Source: a virus
Taxonomy: Duplodnaviria; Caudoviricetes
IMG/VR virus record: IMGVR_UViG_3300010048_000029
Span: 1 to 33,508 of that record
Length of the DNA: 33,508 nucleotides
Strand: one strand, 5' to 3'
Shown: positions 1 through 9,152 of the stretch, in pieces
Position numbering within the stretch: the first letter of the stretch is position 1
Layout: the number at the start of each line of letters is the position of its first letter
Program-made: the position numbers and the translations under genes
Notes under the pieces: model-generated
What the model was told of the DNA's origin: nothing
The model's database searches: none
What the model saw: only the letters and a program-made list of their open reading frames with translations

Positions 1-37
1 AGTACCGCTAGAAAATGCCCAGCTTTTGTGAGGAAAA

Positions 38-463
38 ATGCCTTCCTCGTCGTATGACTGCGTCAAAAAATCAGACGTGGACAAGCTGGGAAAAGTCGCT
101 GCCCAATACAAGAGAATGTCCAACCAGCGCACGGTCAGGAGTGCGGCCAAGCAGGCTGGCGGTACGCTCCGCGACAGCATGGCGGGCTTGATCAACGGTG
201 ACCCCAGCTTGAAGGGTCATCGGAATGTGGCCGACGCCCTTCACGTCTTTCAGGACGAGAAGAACGTCCATGTCGGCCTGCCGGCGGATCACCCGCTGAT
301 GTCCCAGGCTCAGGACATGCATCAGAGCTTCCAGGTCAGCGATGTGGCGATGGATCTGGCCCAACAGAGCGGTGAGGTGGAGGAGAAGTTCCTCCAGCAT
401 CTCCAGGACGAGTCCCGTGCCTGGTACCAGAAGTTCCTGGGCATGAGGGGGGCGCTCGGATGA
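38..463 (+). CDS. Hypothetical phage protein, possibly neck/tail completion
   Basis: 141 aa ORF with GAGG upstream; ATGA overlap with the next gene; sits immediately before the tail terminator and sheath. Confidence 0.6.
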   Translation: MPSSSYDCVKKSDVDKLGKVAAQYKRMSNQRTVRSAAKQAGGTLRDSMAGLINGDPSLKGHRNVADALHVFQDEKNVHVGLPADHPLMSQAQDMHQSFQVSDVAMDLAQQSGEVEEKFLQHLQDESRAWYQKFLGMRGALG

Positions 464-1188
464 CCATGATCAACCCGCTCAACGACGTAGTACCCAATCC
501 TCCCTTCCTGGGCCTCTACACCGAAGAGGACATGGGCCTCAAGAACCTTCTCCAGGGTCTTTATGTCAGCGACCTCAATGCTCCCCAGGAGACCCGCGCG
601 GTGCCGGTGTGGTTCCACAACCCGGCACGTGAGGAGCGCAGGATCACCTACCCCAACATCGTGATCAACTTCACGGGGGAGCGGGTGGCCCACGAGCGTG
701 AACACCGGGGCTGGACGCCGATCAAGTATAGGTACCTCCAAAACATCGCCTTTGACCAAGAGCCGTACCCTTCGATCAACTACCCCCTGCCGATGGACTT
801 CGACTACACGGTCACGGCGTCGGCCCGGATCAACCAGCACATCTCCCAGATCTCAGGCCACCTGGCGATGAGCAAGCTGCATCCGCGGTTCGCCCAGATG
901 GAATGCCCAGGCGGCACGGTGCGCCGCATCACCGTCATGGGTGTCTCCCGGACCAACTCGATGGAAATCGAGAAGCGGATCTTCCGCCAGATTTACCAGC
1001 TACGCATCCCGACTGAGATCGAGGACATCGTCACCCTGCTCCCCACCAGGGTACGCCAGGTGATCATCAACCTCCTGGAGAAGAACACCGGGGACCACCT
1101 GTGGGGTCCACGCAACATCGCCGCCATTACCCCTGCCAGCTACCTCAGTTCCGAGATACCCGGCCAGTACCAACCAGTGGAGGAATAG
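460..1188 (+). CDS. Tail terminator / sheath stabiliser-like protein (Pvc16/DUF4255, T4 gp15-like)
   Basis: Directly upstream of the sheath; motifs VPVWFHNP...YPNIVI...PLPMDFDYTVTASAR are typical of this class. Confidence 0.6.
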   Translation: MTMINPLNDVVPNPPFLGLYTEEDMGLKNLLQGLYVSDLNAPQETRAVPVWFHNPAREERRITYPNIVINFTGERVAHEREHRGWTPIKYRYLQNIAFDQEPYPSINYPLPMDFDYTVTASARINQHISQISGHLAMSKLHPRFAQMECPGGTVRRITVMGVSRTNSMEIEKRIFRQIYQLRIPTEIEDIVTLLPTRVRQVIINLLEKNTGDHLWGPRNIAAITPASYLSSEIPGQYQPVEE

Positions 1189-1191
1189 CCA

Positions 1192-2970
1192 ATGCCCACC
1201 TTGACCAGGCCAGGGGTGTACGTCAGTACGTCGTCCTTCCCCACGTATGTCAGTTCCTCGCCGGGTACGGCGTCGGCCTGCTTTGTCGGACCCTGCCCTC
1301 GCGGCCCCGTGGTGCCGACGCGGTGCAATAGCTGGCGTGAGTTCACCAACCAGTACGGAGGGTTTGAGACCGCCTACCCGCCCAGCTTGCTGCACCTGGC
1401 GGTGTACACCTTCTTCTCTGCCGGCGGCTCCAGCGCCATGATCATCCGGGCCTACCGGCTCGACGCCTCAGGCCCCACTCTGTCCACCACGACGTTCAAT
1501 GATCAGGCCACCACGTCGATACCGACCCTTCAGATCAACGCTGACAACGTCGGAGCCTGGGGCAACAACCTCTGGGTCAACATCGTCCCTGGCACGATCA
1601 AGGATGCTCTTGGCAATATCATCAGCTTCACCATCCAGGTGATGTACAAGGGCAGCGCCCCCGCCAATGTGGTGGAGACCTGGCCGGATCTGTCCATGGT
1701 GGCTGGGTCCACCAACATGGGCGTGAACAACTACGCCATCAACCTCATCAACAACCCCTACACCGGGTCGAACTACATCAACCTGATCGACAAGACAGCC
1801 ACGAGCGCCAACCCACGCAGTGTTACTGACGGCGTGACCACGAGCAGTTCGCCCAACTTCACGTCAGCCACTGGGGCCTTCACCCAGTCGGACAAGGGTG
1901 GCACGCTCTCGGGTCCGGGCATCCCCACCGGCACCTTGATCAGTACGGTGACCAGCGCCACGGCTGTGACCATGTCCAACAACGCCACGGCATCAGGGAC
2001 GGCTCTGCATGTGACCATCTCGCCGCCGGCCTTCATTGACAACCCGGTGACCAACCTGGGTCCGGTGAACCTGGCTGGCGGTGGTGACGGCTCGGCTCTC
2101 ACCTTCCAGGATCAGTTGACGGCGCTCCAACTTCTGGATCAGTACCCGGACCAGCCCTTCGTGATCAACATGCCAGGGCTAACGGCTGGCTCGGATATCA
2201 CGGGCGTGGTGGGCTACGCCCAGCAGCGCGGTGACAGCTTCGTGGTCATCGACTGTCCGCCGGCCATGAGTCCCAGTGCCATGGTGACTTTCGTCCAGGG
2301 CCTGTCAGCCAGCCCGCAGTGTGCCATCTACTACCCCCAGGTGCAGATCTCCGACCCATACTCGTCTGTGCCTGGTGTGACCAGGATGGTGGGGCCAGGC
2401 GGCTTCGTCGCTGGCATGTATATCGCCACCGATGCCAACAGGGGGGTGCAGAAAGCGCCCGCTGGTCTGGGGGCCACGTTGCTCGGGGCCTATGGCTTGG
2501 AGCGCACTCTCACCAACGCGGACCAGGGCAGCCTGACCCAGGCCAACGTGAACTGCCTCATCTCGGTGCCGGGGTCCGGGGTGGTGATCTGGGGAGCGCG
2601 GACGCTGTCGCCTTACCTCGTCACCCGGTACGTGCCCGTCGAGCGCACGCTGCTCTATCTCCAGACCGAGTTGACGGCCATGACCAAGTTCGCGGTCTTT
2701 GAACCGAACGACTGGGTGCTGTGGAACTCCATCACCATGATCCTCAGCCAGTTCTTGACGTCCTTCTGGCAGAGCGGTGGCCTCCAGGGCACGAGCGCCG
2801 CGGAGGCGTACTACGTCACCTGTGACGAGACCATCAACACACCGCAGACCATCCAGCAGGGCATCGTCAACGTCGAGGTGGGTGTGGCTCTCCAGTACCC
2901 CGCCGAGTTCGTTGTCATCCAGATCGGTCAGTGGGCCGGCGGGCAGAGCGTCAGCGTCACGACCGTTTAG
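1192..2970 (+). CDS. Contractile tail sheath protein
   Basis: N-terminal RPGVYV and FVGPCPRGP; C-terminal RGVQKAPAG, VIWGARTL, RYVPVER, AVFEPND, GVALQYPAEFVVIQI; GGAGG RBS. Confidence 0.95.
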   Translation: MPTLTRPGVYVSTSSFPTYVSSSPGTASACFVGPCPRGPVVPTRCNSWREFTNQYGGFETAYPPSLLHLAVYTFFSAGGSSAMIIRAYRLDASGPTLSTTTFNDQATTSIPTLQINADNVGAWGNNLWVNIVPGTIKDALGNIISFTIQVMYKGSAPANVVETWPDLSMVAGSTNMGVNNYAINLINNPYTGSNYINLIDKTATSANPRSVTDGVTTSSSPNFTSATGAFTQSDKGGTLSGPGIPTGTLISTVTSATAVTMSNNATASGTALHVTISPPAFIDNPVTNLGPVNLAGGGDGSALTFQDQLTALQLLDQYPDQPFVINMPGLTAGSDITGVVGYAQQRGDSFVVIDCPPAMSPSAMVTFVQGLSASPQCAIYYPQVQISDPYSSVPGVTRMVGPGGFVAGMYIATDANRGVQKAPAGLGATLLGAYGLERTLTNADQGSLTQANVNCLISVPGSGVVIWGARTLSPYLVTRYVPVERTLLYLQTELTAMTKFAVFEPNDWVLWNSITMILSQFLTSFWQSGGLQGTSAAEAYYVTCDETINTPQTIQQGIVNVEVGVALQYPAEFVVIQIGQWAGGQSVSVTTV

Positions 2971-2978
2971 GAGGAACC

Positions 2979-3602
2979 ATGACCACACGTCCACTGAACT
3001 CCGACCCGCTGCGGAACTTCCGCTTCTTGGTCACCATCACCTCGCCCAACTCCACGGCTGTTCCTACGACTATCGGTCGCATGGGATTCATGGCTGTGTC
3101 GGGCCTATCAGTCAACAATGAGGTCATCCCTTACCGCGAAGGTGGGAACAACACAACTACGAGGAAGATGCCCGGACAATCGGACTTTGGTCCGTTAACT
3201 CTCACAAGAGGGTTCATGGCTACTCCTCTTAATGGTGGTAAAGGCGGCACCGACGAGATCTATCGCTGGTTTGAAATGATCTTCACGGTGACCGGCGGTG
3301 GTGGTAGCGGGACCGGTGCGCCAGGCATGAACTTCCGCTCCAGCCTTACGATTGACGTCCTCCAGCACCCCATCACCAAGACCGGGTACGCTGCTGGTGT
3401 CGACAATCCCCCGGCTATCAAGGCTCGCTTTGCGGTCGCTAACGCATGGCCCATGGGCTATAGCTTCAGTGATCTGGAAGCCGGTGGCAACGCAGTATTT
3501 ATCGAAAACCTGACGCTGGCACACGAGGGTTTTGCTGTACTAGCCGGCTCTATGGAACCGACTAACTTCATCGGTCCAGCCCAGATGCCTCCTGGTTGGT
3601 GA
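2979..3602 (+). CDS. Tail tube protein (T4 gp19-like)
   Basis: DPLRNFRFLV, GFMAVSGL, IPYREGG, KMPGQSDFGPLTLTRG, NAWP, ENLTLAHEG; start reset to ATG 2979 after AGGAGG. Confidence 0.93.
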   Translation: MTTRPLNSDPLRNFRFLVTITSPNSTAVPTTIGRMGFMAVSGLSVNNEVIPYREGGNNTTTRKMPGQSDFGPLTLTRGFMATPLNGGKGGTDEIYRWFEMIFTVTGGGGSGTGAPGMNFRSSLTIDVLQHPITKTGYAAGVDNPPAIKARFAVANAWPMGYSFSDLEAGGNAVFIENLTLAHEGFAVLAGSMEPTNFIGPAQMPPGW

Positions 3603-3603
3603 T

Positions 3604-4437
3604 ATGACTAGCACGCCCGATCCATTGACTGAGTTCACGGCCACCGTCATCGATGACCCGGACAAGATCAACGCCATAGCGAAGAGCGTCACCAAGGCCC
3701 CGGTGCCGATGATGCCCTCACTGCCCGCTGACACGGTGACCTTGCCAGGTGGCTTCCTGGATCAGGACGGCAGGCTGCATACAGAGGCTCGCATCCGGGA
3801 GATCAACGGCTCCGACGAGGAGGCCATGGCGCGGGAGCTACGTAGCCCCACTGTGAACGTCCCCAAGGTGGTCGACCTCATCCTCAAACGGTGTGTGCTG
3901 GGCATCGGTGACCTGGAGTCGACACCCAGGCTGCTGGGCCAGATGCTGATCGGGGACCGGGCTGCGCTCATGTTGGCGATCCGCGTCCTGACCTTCGGTA
4001 ACGACTGGGAGGTGCCTGACTTCCCCTGTCGTGAGTGCGGCAAGACCTTTGGCTGCATCGTGGAGTTGGACTCCTCCATCGAGATCAAGAAGATGGAGAA
4101 CCCGATGGTGCAGGACATCGAGGTGACCCTCCGTAACGGCCACCTGGCGCTGGTTCACATGATCACCGGGGAAGTGCAGCTTGAGATGGTGGGCGACGGT
4201 AACAGGACCGGCCCGGAAGAGGCGACCATCGCTATCGACCGCTCCATACGCTCGCTCGACGGTAACCCTGTCATGGGCCACATCGCCCAGAAGATGAGCA
4301 TGGCTGATCGGCGCAAGATCATTGAGGCCATGGCTGATGGGCAACCCGGCCCCCGTATGGAGGAGGTGATGGTCACATGCACCGAGTGCGGGCGGGAGGC
4401 CGGCTACCAGATCTCTCTGGTGGATCTCTTTCGTTAA
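3604..4437 (+). CDS. Tail assembly chaperone / baseplate-hub assembly protein with two CxxC motifs
   Basis: Lies between tube and tape measure; VTLPGG, IREINGSDEE, GDRAALMLAIRVLTFG, CRECG and CTECG. Confidence 0.8.
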   Translation: MTSTPDPLTEFTATVIDDPDKINAIAKSVTKAPVPMMPSLPADTVTLPGGFLDQDGRLHTEARIREINGSDEEAMARELRSPTVNVPKVVDLILKRCVLGIGDLESTPRLLGQMLIGDRAALMLAIRVLTFGNDWEVPDFPCRECGKTFGCIVELDSSIEIKKMENPMVQDIEVTLRNGHLALVHMITGEVQLEMVGDGNRTGPEEATIAIDRSIRSLDGNPVMGHIAQKMSMADRRKIIEAMADGQPGPRMEEVMVTCTECGREAGYQISLVDLFR

Positions 4438-4576
4438 CGACCTCACCTCTTTCGACCTTCTATATCTCCAGTACCGGAGGATCGCTGAGAAGTTCCCCGG
4501 CTGGAGCCTGTCCGAGATCAAGGCCATGAGCTACCCGGAGCGTCAGCACTGGATAGCGGTCGTCCTGGAGAAATAA
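4430..4576 (+). CDS. Start-less C-terminal extension of the tail chaperone (G-T type), probably reached by +1 frameshift
   Basis: The +1 frame reads FVNDLTSFDLLYLQYRRIAEKFPGWSLSEIKAMSYPERQHWIAVVLEK*. The GWS-SEI--M---ER--W pattern is typical of second chaperone ORFs. There is no ATG/GTG/TTG between the in-frame stop at 4367 and ATG 4526. Confidence 0.7.
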   Translation, partial: FVNDLTSFDLLYLQYRRIAEKFPGWSLSEIKAMSYPERQHWIAVVLEK

Positions 4577-7504
4577 GTGGCTGATGGCTATGGCGTAGGG
4601 CTGTTTGACAGTAGTGGCCCGGAGAAGTTCGCCGCGTCCATCGGCAAGATCACCTCTGCCCTGTCCGGGGTCCAGAGTGCCTTCGGTTCCTTCGGTTCAT
4701 CGGCCAGTAAGAGCATCAGCAGCCTCTCTCAGCTTGTTGACAGTCTGACCAAGAGCCTGTCGGGTCTCCAGAAGCAAGTACAGCAAGTTCAGGGCGCGAT
4801 GGGCGGCATGGGCGGTGGAGGCGGCGGTGGTGGAGGTGGCGGTGCAACCGCAGGAGGTGGTAGCGGTGGGACGGGTGCCGCCGGTTCGGGTAGAGGGCTG
4901 TGGCTGTCTCCTGGTGCGCGTGGTGATGCAGGACCGCCGACTGGGGGTGCCCAGGGAAATCAGTCGATGCCTACGGGTGGCGCGGGCGAGATAAACGCCC
5001 AGCTTAAAGATCAGTGGGGCAGGCTGCCTGAAGGCACTGGCCTCGATGCGGCCTGGAAGGCGACGGCCAAGATGACCACGTCTGGCAATGGTGGTCAGAC
5101 TGGTGGCGGTGGTGGCCTGGGTGGCGCAGCCTCCATGGTCTCAGGTGCTATCGGCTCAGCCGCCAACGTCCTCTCCTCTTCAGCCGCCCAGAACCTGATC
5201 GCCAACGCAGTCCAGGGTCAGTTCATCGGGGCCTCGCTCGGGCCGTCCTTCGGGAGGCAGACGTTGGGCAGTCAGACGGGCGCGTACGTCATCCCCAAGG
5301 GTGTCTTCGCCCAGAGCGCCGGGGACTACGCCCAGGCCAACATGTACATGGCGAACTACATGGGTGCTGACCCCTTCGGTGGTCAGAGTGTGGCGGGTCA
5401 GAACGCTGCCGCCTTCAACCGTGGTGCCCAGCAACTCATGACCATGATGCCTTCTATGACCAGGCAGCAGGCCATGGTCACGCAGAATCAGATGCAGCAG
5501 CCGGGGACGCTAAACGCCGGCCTGATGTTCGGCATGAACTTCAGACCTGGCGGCAAGGCCATGGATGTCACGTCCCAGTACAGCATGATCTATCAGAAGA
5601 TGTTCGCTGGCTTCCCTGGTGGCGCGCCAAGCGGCGATCAGTTTGAGTCGTACATGTCACCCGGTGGCCCAGGAGAGAACAACCTGGCGGCTCTAGGCAT
5701 CACACCAGGGAGCGACGCCTACTCCGGGTTCATGCAGTATGCCCGCGCCCGGATCGGGATGAAGTCCCAGGGCAAGGACATCACCAAGGTGGATCTCGGT
5801 ACGAAGGCGGGAGCCAAGGCGGCTGGCTTCGGTAGTACCGCGGCCTACGCCCAGCTTGGTGCCCAGTCAGCGAAGTCACGCATGGAGTCGGTGGCTGAGC
5901 CTGGTATAGCCGGCGCGGCCAAGAACCTGAACGATGCCGCAGCCGCTCTGTTGAAGGCGGCGACGCCGTTGTCTGCCCTGGGTGGTGGCCTCATCGGCAA
6001 GATCTTCGGTGGCAGTCACGGTCTCCTGGGTGGCATCACCAACATGATCCCTGGAGCCAGCATGGGGACCAGCATGCTGGGTCACCTCCCCGGTGTGGGC
6101 GGGATCATCAAGAGCATCTTCCAGCAGGGTGGTGAGGTACCAGGAAACGGCCCCCAGTTGGCCGTCGTCCATGGCGGCGAGTTCGTCCTCACCAAAGAGG
6201 ACGTCGACAAGATGAAGGGGAGGAAGGGCGGTCATGGTGGCGGGGCCGGCACTCTTGGCAGTGTCAAGGGTCGTCTGGCCGGTGGCGATAGTCAGGGCAA
6301 GGACTCCGCTCTCGACATGCTGGCGAGCAAGCCCAGCGATATCGCCACCACCTCTCTGGGCATGCTGCTCAGCCCGCCTCCAGCCGGATCTCCTCTGGCG
6401 ACACTGACCAAGGGCGGCGGGATAGGTGCCGGCAAAACAGCGGCCTCGGCTCAGGGCGGTGGTAAGGGCAACGGTGGTCTTGGCGGCATGACCCGGCAAC
6501 AAGCCATGGCGTTCGCGAGTTCCTTGGGTGGTGCCGGTAATACTCAAACTATCCAGCAGCTTTTAGCCGCTGGTATTGCAGTGCCGTCACAGGGCGGTGG
6601 TGGTGGAGCGACAACGAACGCGGGCACGGCATCGAACGCCAAGGGAGGCGGGGCCTGGAACTACAAGTCGGCTGGCATCGGGCCGAACGACCTGTCTGGC
6701 ATGTTCCTGGGAACGGGTGGCGGGGCAGCCAGTCAGACCTCTGATGGGTCTGGCAGTGGTGCGGGTGGCTCGGGTGGAACCGGGTCCGGTAAGCCCACCA
6801 ACTTGACCGGTAGTGGAAATGCTCAGCAGGCATACAACTTCTTCCTGGGTAAGGGCCTGAAGGACTTCATGGCAGCCGGCATCCTGGGCAACCTGGCCCA
6901 GGAGTCGGGCATCAACCCTGGCTCGGCCCAGGCTGGCGGTCCTGGCCGCGGCATCGCTCAGTGGTCAGTGGGTGGTCGGTGGGACACCCTGGTGGCCTGG
7001 GCCAAGGCACAGAACCGTGACCCCAACAGCCTGGCGACTCAGTTGGACTTCATGTGGTCACAGGAGTTGAACGGCACTGAGGCTGGTTCCCTGGCGGCGT
7101 TGAAGGGCACCAGCAATGTCACTGATGCCACCACGGTCTTTGAGCAGCAGTACGAGCGGGCTGGGATCCCGGCCATGTCCAACCGGATCAAGTTCGCCCA
7201 GAACATCCTGTCCTCCAAGGGAGCCGGTTATGCGCGAGGCACTCAGCTTGTAGCTCGCACTCAGCTTGCCATGCTCCACCGTGGTGAGGCCGTGGTGCCA
7301 GCGGCTGACAACTACTCAACATCCCCCTACAACAAGGGCGGGGCGCAGGGCAACACTCCCATCGTGTCGATGAACTTCAAGCCGGGGGCCATTGTCCTCC
7401 AGGTACCGGCCAACGCCAGCCAGCAGGACATGGACGCCATCGCCAAGCAGTTCGTGGCTGCGATCTCTAAGCCTCAGAACCTGATGGCTGTGAGGAGTTC
7501 GTAA
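4577..7504 (+). CDS. Tape measure protein with C-terminal phage tail lysozyme domain
   Basis: 975 aa, Gly/Ala/Ser-rich, follows the chaperone; AAGILGNLAQESG...GRGIAQWS...TQLDF...FEQQYERAG (Phage_lysozyme2-like, about 6820-7200); two GGxV...LAxxHxGExV motifs. Confidence 0.88.
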   Translation: MADGYGVGLFDSSGPEKFAASIGKITSALSGVQSAFGSFGSSASKSISSLSQLVDSLTKSLSGLQKQVQQVQGAMGGMGGGGGGGGGGGATAGGGSGGTGAAGSGRGLWLSPGARGDAGPPTGGAQGNQSMPTGGAGEINAQLKDQWGRLPEGTGLDAAWKATAKMTTSGNGGQTGGGGGLGGAASMVSGAIGSAANVLSSSAAQNLIANAVQGQFIGASLGPSFGRQTLGSQTGAYVIPKGVFAQSAGDYAQANMYMANYMGADPFGGQSVAGQNAAAFNRGAQQLMTMMPSMTRQQAMVTQNQMQQPGTLNAGLMFGMNFRPGGKAMDVTSQYSMIYQKMFAGFPGGAPSGDQFESYMSPGGPGENNLAALGITPGSDAYSGFMQYARARIGMKSQGKDITKVDLGTKAGAKAAGFGSTAAYAQLGAQSAKSRMESVAEPGIAGAAKNLNDAAAALLKAATPLSALGGGLIGKIFGGSHGLLGGITNMIPGASMGTSMLGHLPGVGGIIKSIFQQGGEVPGNGPQLAVVHGGEFVLTKEDVDKMKGRKGGHGGGAGTLGSVKGRLAGGDSQGKDSALDMLASKPSDIATTSLGMLLSPPPAGSPLATLTKGGGIGAGKTAASAQGGGKGNGGLGGMTRQQAMAFASSLGGAGNTQTIQQLLAAGIAVPSQGGGGGATTNAGTASNAKGGGAWNYKSAGIGPNDLSGMFLGTGGGAASQTSDGSGSGAGGSGGTGSGKPTNLTGSGNAQQAYNFFLGKGLKDFMAAGILGNLAQESGINPGSAQAGGPGRGIAQWSVGGRWDTLVAWAKAQNRDPNSLATQLDFMWSQELNGTEAGSLAALKGTSNVTDATTVFEQQYERAGIPAMSNRIKFAQNILSSKGAGYARGTQLVARTQLAMLHRGEAVVPAADNYSTSPYNKGGAQGNTPIVSMNFKPGAIVLQVPANASQQDMDAIAKQFVAAISKPQNLMAVRSS

Positions 7505-8880
7505 TGCCCGCCAATCCAAAGCCACCGCCGGCTCCGGTCAACACCCAGATAGGTCAGCAGGCATACGCCGTAGCGAAGACTGTCATCGGTGTTCCCTACG
7601 CCTGGGGTGGCAACATGCCCCCACCGCAGGGACCGGGCCTCGACTGCTCGGGCCTTATGGTCTACGCCTACAACACCGGTCCTGGTGCGCCTGGTGTGGC
7701 TCTGGGTGGGCGTATCGTGGGCCAGTTCTGGAACAACAACACCACCCTGACGCGGGTGGTCGACTGCACGGGAGCAGACAAGGGCATCTCCCAGACTGAC
7801 CTGGAGAAAAGGCTCCTCGTCGGTGACCTGTTGATCTTCGGTCCTCCTGGCTTGAGTGCCAGCAGTACCGCTGGTCACGTTGTCATGTACGCCGGCAATG
7901 GCGAGACCATCGAGGAGCCGTACACCGGGAAGAACTGCTTCCAGGGACCGATGTACGCCCCTGGAGGTGCCAGCCCTTCCGATCCCTTCCTGGGGGCGAT
8001 GCGTCCCAACCAGGAGGGCACTGGTGGCAGTGGCGATACCGGTGGTGCTAGCGGTGGCTCGGGGTCAGGGTCAGGGTCAGGCAGCAGTCAAAGCACCACG
8101 GGAGCGACCTGGAAGCAGGAGGCTGCGGCGCAGCAGTCGATCATCTCCTCCCTCAAAGACCCACGAGATAATCTGCCCTTCTCCAAGTACTTTCAGCAGA
8201 TGGTGTTGCAGCCAGGCAACAACCTCGTCCGGGGTGGTATCGCGGACCTGACCACCAAGCAGTTCCGCCTCTACTTCATGATGAACCCGCAACAGATCTC
8301 GATGGGGTCCAACATCGACACCACCAACCTGACCTCACCGCTGCAACAAGACCCCACCAACATGCAGTACGGCGGCTACTGGGTGACCAATCAGACTGTC
8401 AGCTTCACCATCTACTTCAATCGTATGTACGAGGTGGCCTACGGTGGGGTCAAGGGGCCATCCGACATCGGATGCCGCTGGGACATCCGCGCTCTGGAGC
8501 GACTGGTGGGGATCTTTGATGCCGTGGTTGATAATGGCAACGCGGTTGGTGTGGGCAACTACGGAGCCGGTGGCTACCCGCCCATGACCTACCCGCTCCA
8601 GATCGTCTTCGGTGGTGCGAACTCGTACCAGTTCCAGGGCACCATCGCTTCCCTCGATTACACCTACACCCTCTTTAACTACAACATGGTTCCCATCGAG
8701 GCGTATGCCGACATCTCGGTCATGCGGATCTACCAGCCCAGCATGTCCAGCCCGGACCTTGTCAACAGCATCCCCCTGACCGCCAAGACTGGAGGGCAGT
8801 ACTTGTCCTCTGTCCGGGCCACCAAGTCCACATCTTCCGCGACCCAACAGTTCAACCTCAAGAAGGGAGCCGGGACATGA
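7504..8880 (+). CDS. NlpC/P60 peptidase fused to a tube-initiator (CIS tube/Afp7-like) domain
   Basis: IGVPYAWGG, GLDCSGL, GHVVMYAGNG at the N-terminus; Gly/Ser linker; C-terminal FMMNPQQI...SFTIYFNR...GTIASLDYTYTLFNYNMVP. Confidence 0.8.
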   Translation: MPANPKPPPAPVNTQIGQQAYAVAKTVIGVPYAWGGNMPPPQGPGLDCSGLMVYAYNTGPGAPGVALGGRIVGQFWNNNTTLTRVVDCTGADKGISQTDLEKRLLVGDLLIFGPPGLSASSTAGHVVMYAGNGETIEEPYTGKNCFQGPMYAPGGASPSDPFLGAMRPNQEGTGGSGDTGGASGGSGSGSGSGSSQSTTGATWKQEAAAQQSIISSLKDPRDNLPFSKYFQQMVLQPGNNLVRGGIADLTTKQFRLYFMMNPQQISMGSNIDTTNLTSPLQQDPTNMQYGGYWVTNQTVSFTIYFNRMYEVAYGGVKGPSDIGCRWDIRALERLVGIFDAVVDNGNAVGVGNYGAGGYPPMTYPLQIVFGGANSYQFQGTIASLDYTYTLFNYNMVPIEAYADISVMRIYQPSMSSPDLVNSIPLTAKTGGQYLSSVRATKSTSSATQQFNLKKGAGT

Positions 8881-9152
8881 TCGTCCAAGGCTCCCGGTAC
8901 ATGGGCCAGCCCGTTATCACCGTGCCCATCGATGCTGCCGGCGATACTGCCGTGGCGGTGTTCGGCCCGGTGCCCACCGGGCCTTCGCTGTTTGCTTACT
9001 ACACCGTGGTGGATGGTGACCGCTTCGACCTGATCTCATACAAGGTCTACGGCATGGCTGACTATTGGTGGAAAATCGCCAATGCCAACCCGGAGATCTT
9101 ATACCCCGACTTTCTCATAACCGGTGCGATCATCAGGATCCCGACGTCATGA
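8877..9152 (+). CDS. LysM / tail protein X-like baseplate protein
   Basis: GSRY...YTVVDGDRFDLISYKVYG...WWKIANANPE...GAIIRIP. Confidence 0.88.
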   Translation: MIVQGSRYMGQPVITVPIDAAGDTAVAVFGPVPTGPSLFAYYTVVDGDRFDLISYKVYGMADYWWKIANANPEILYPDFLITGAIIRIPTS

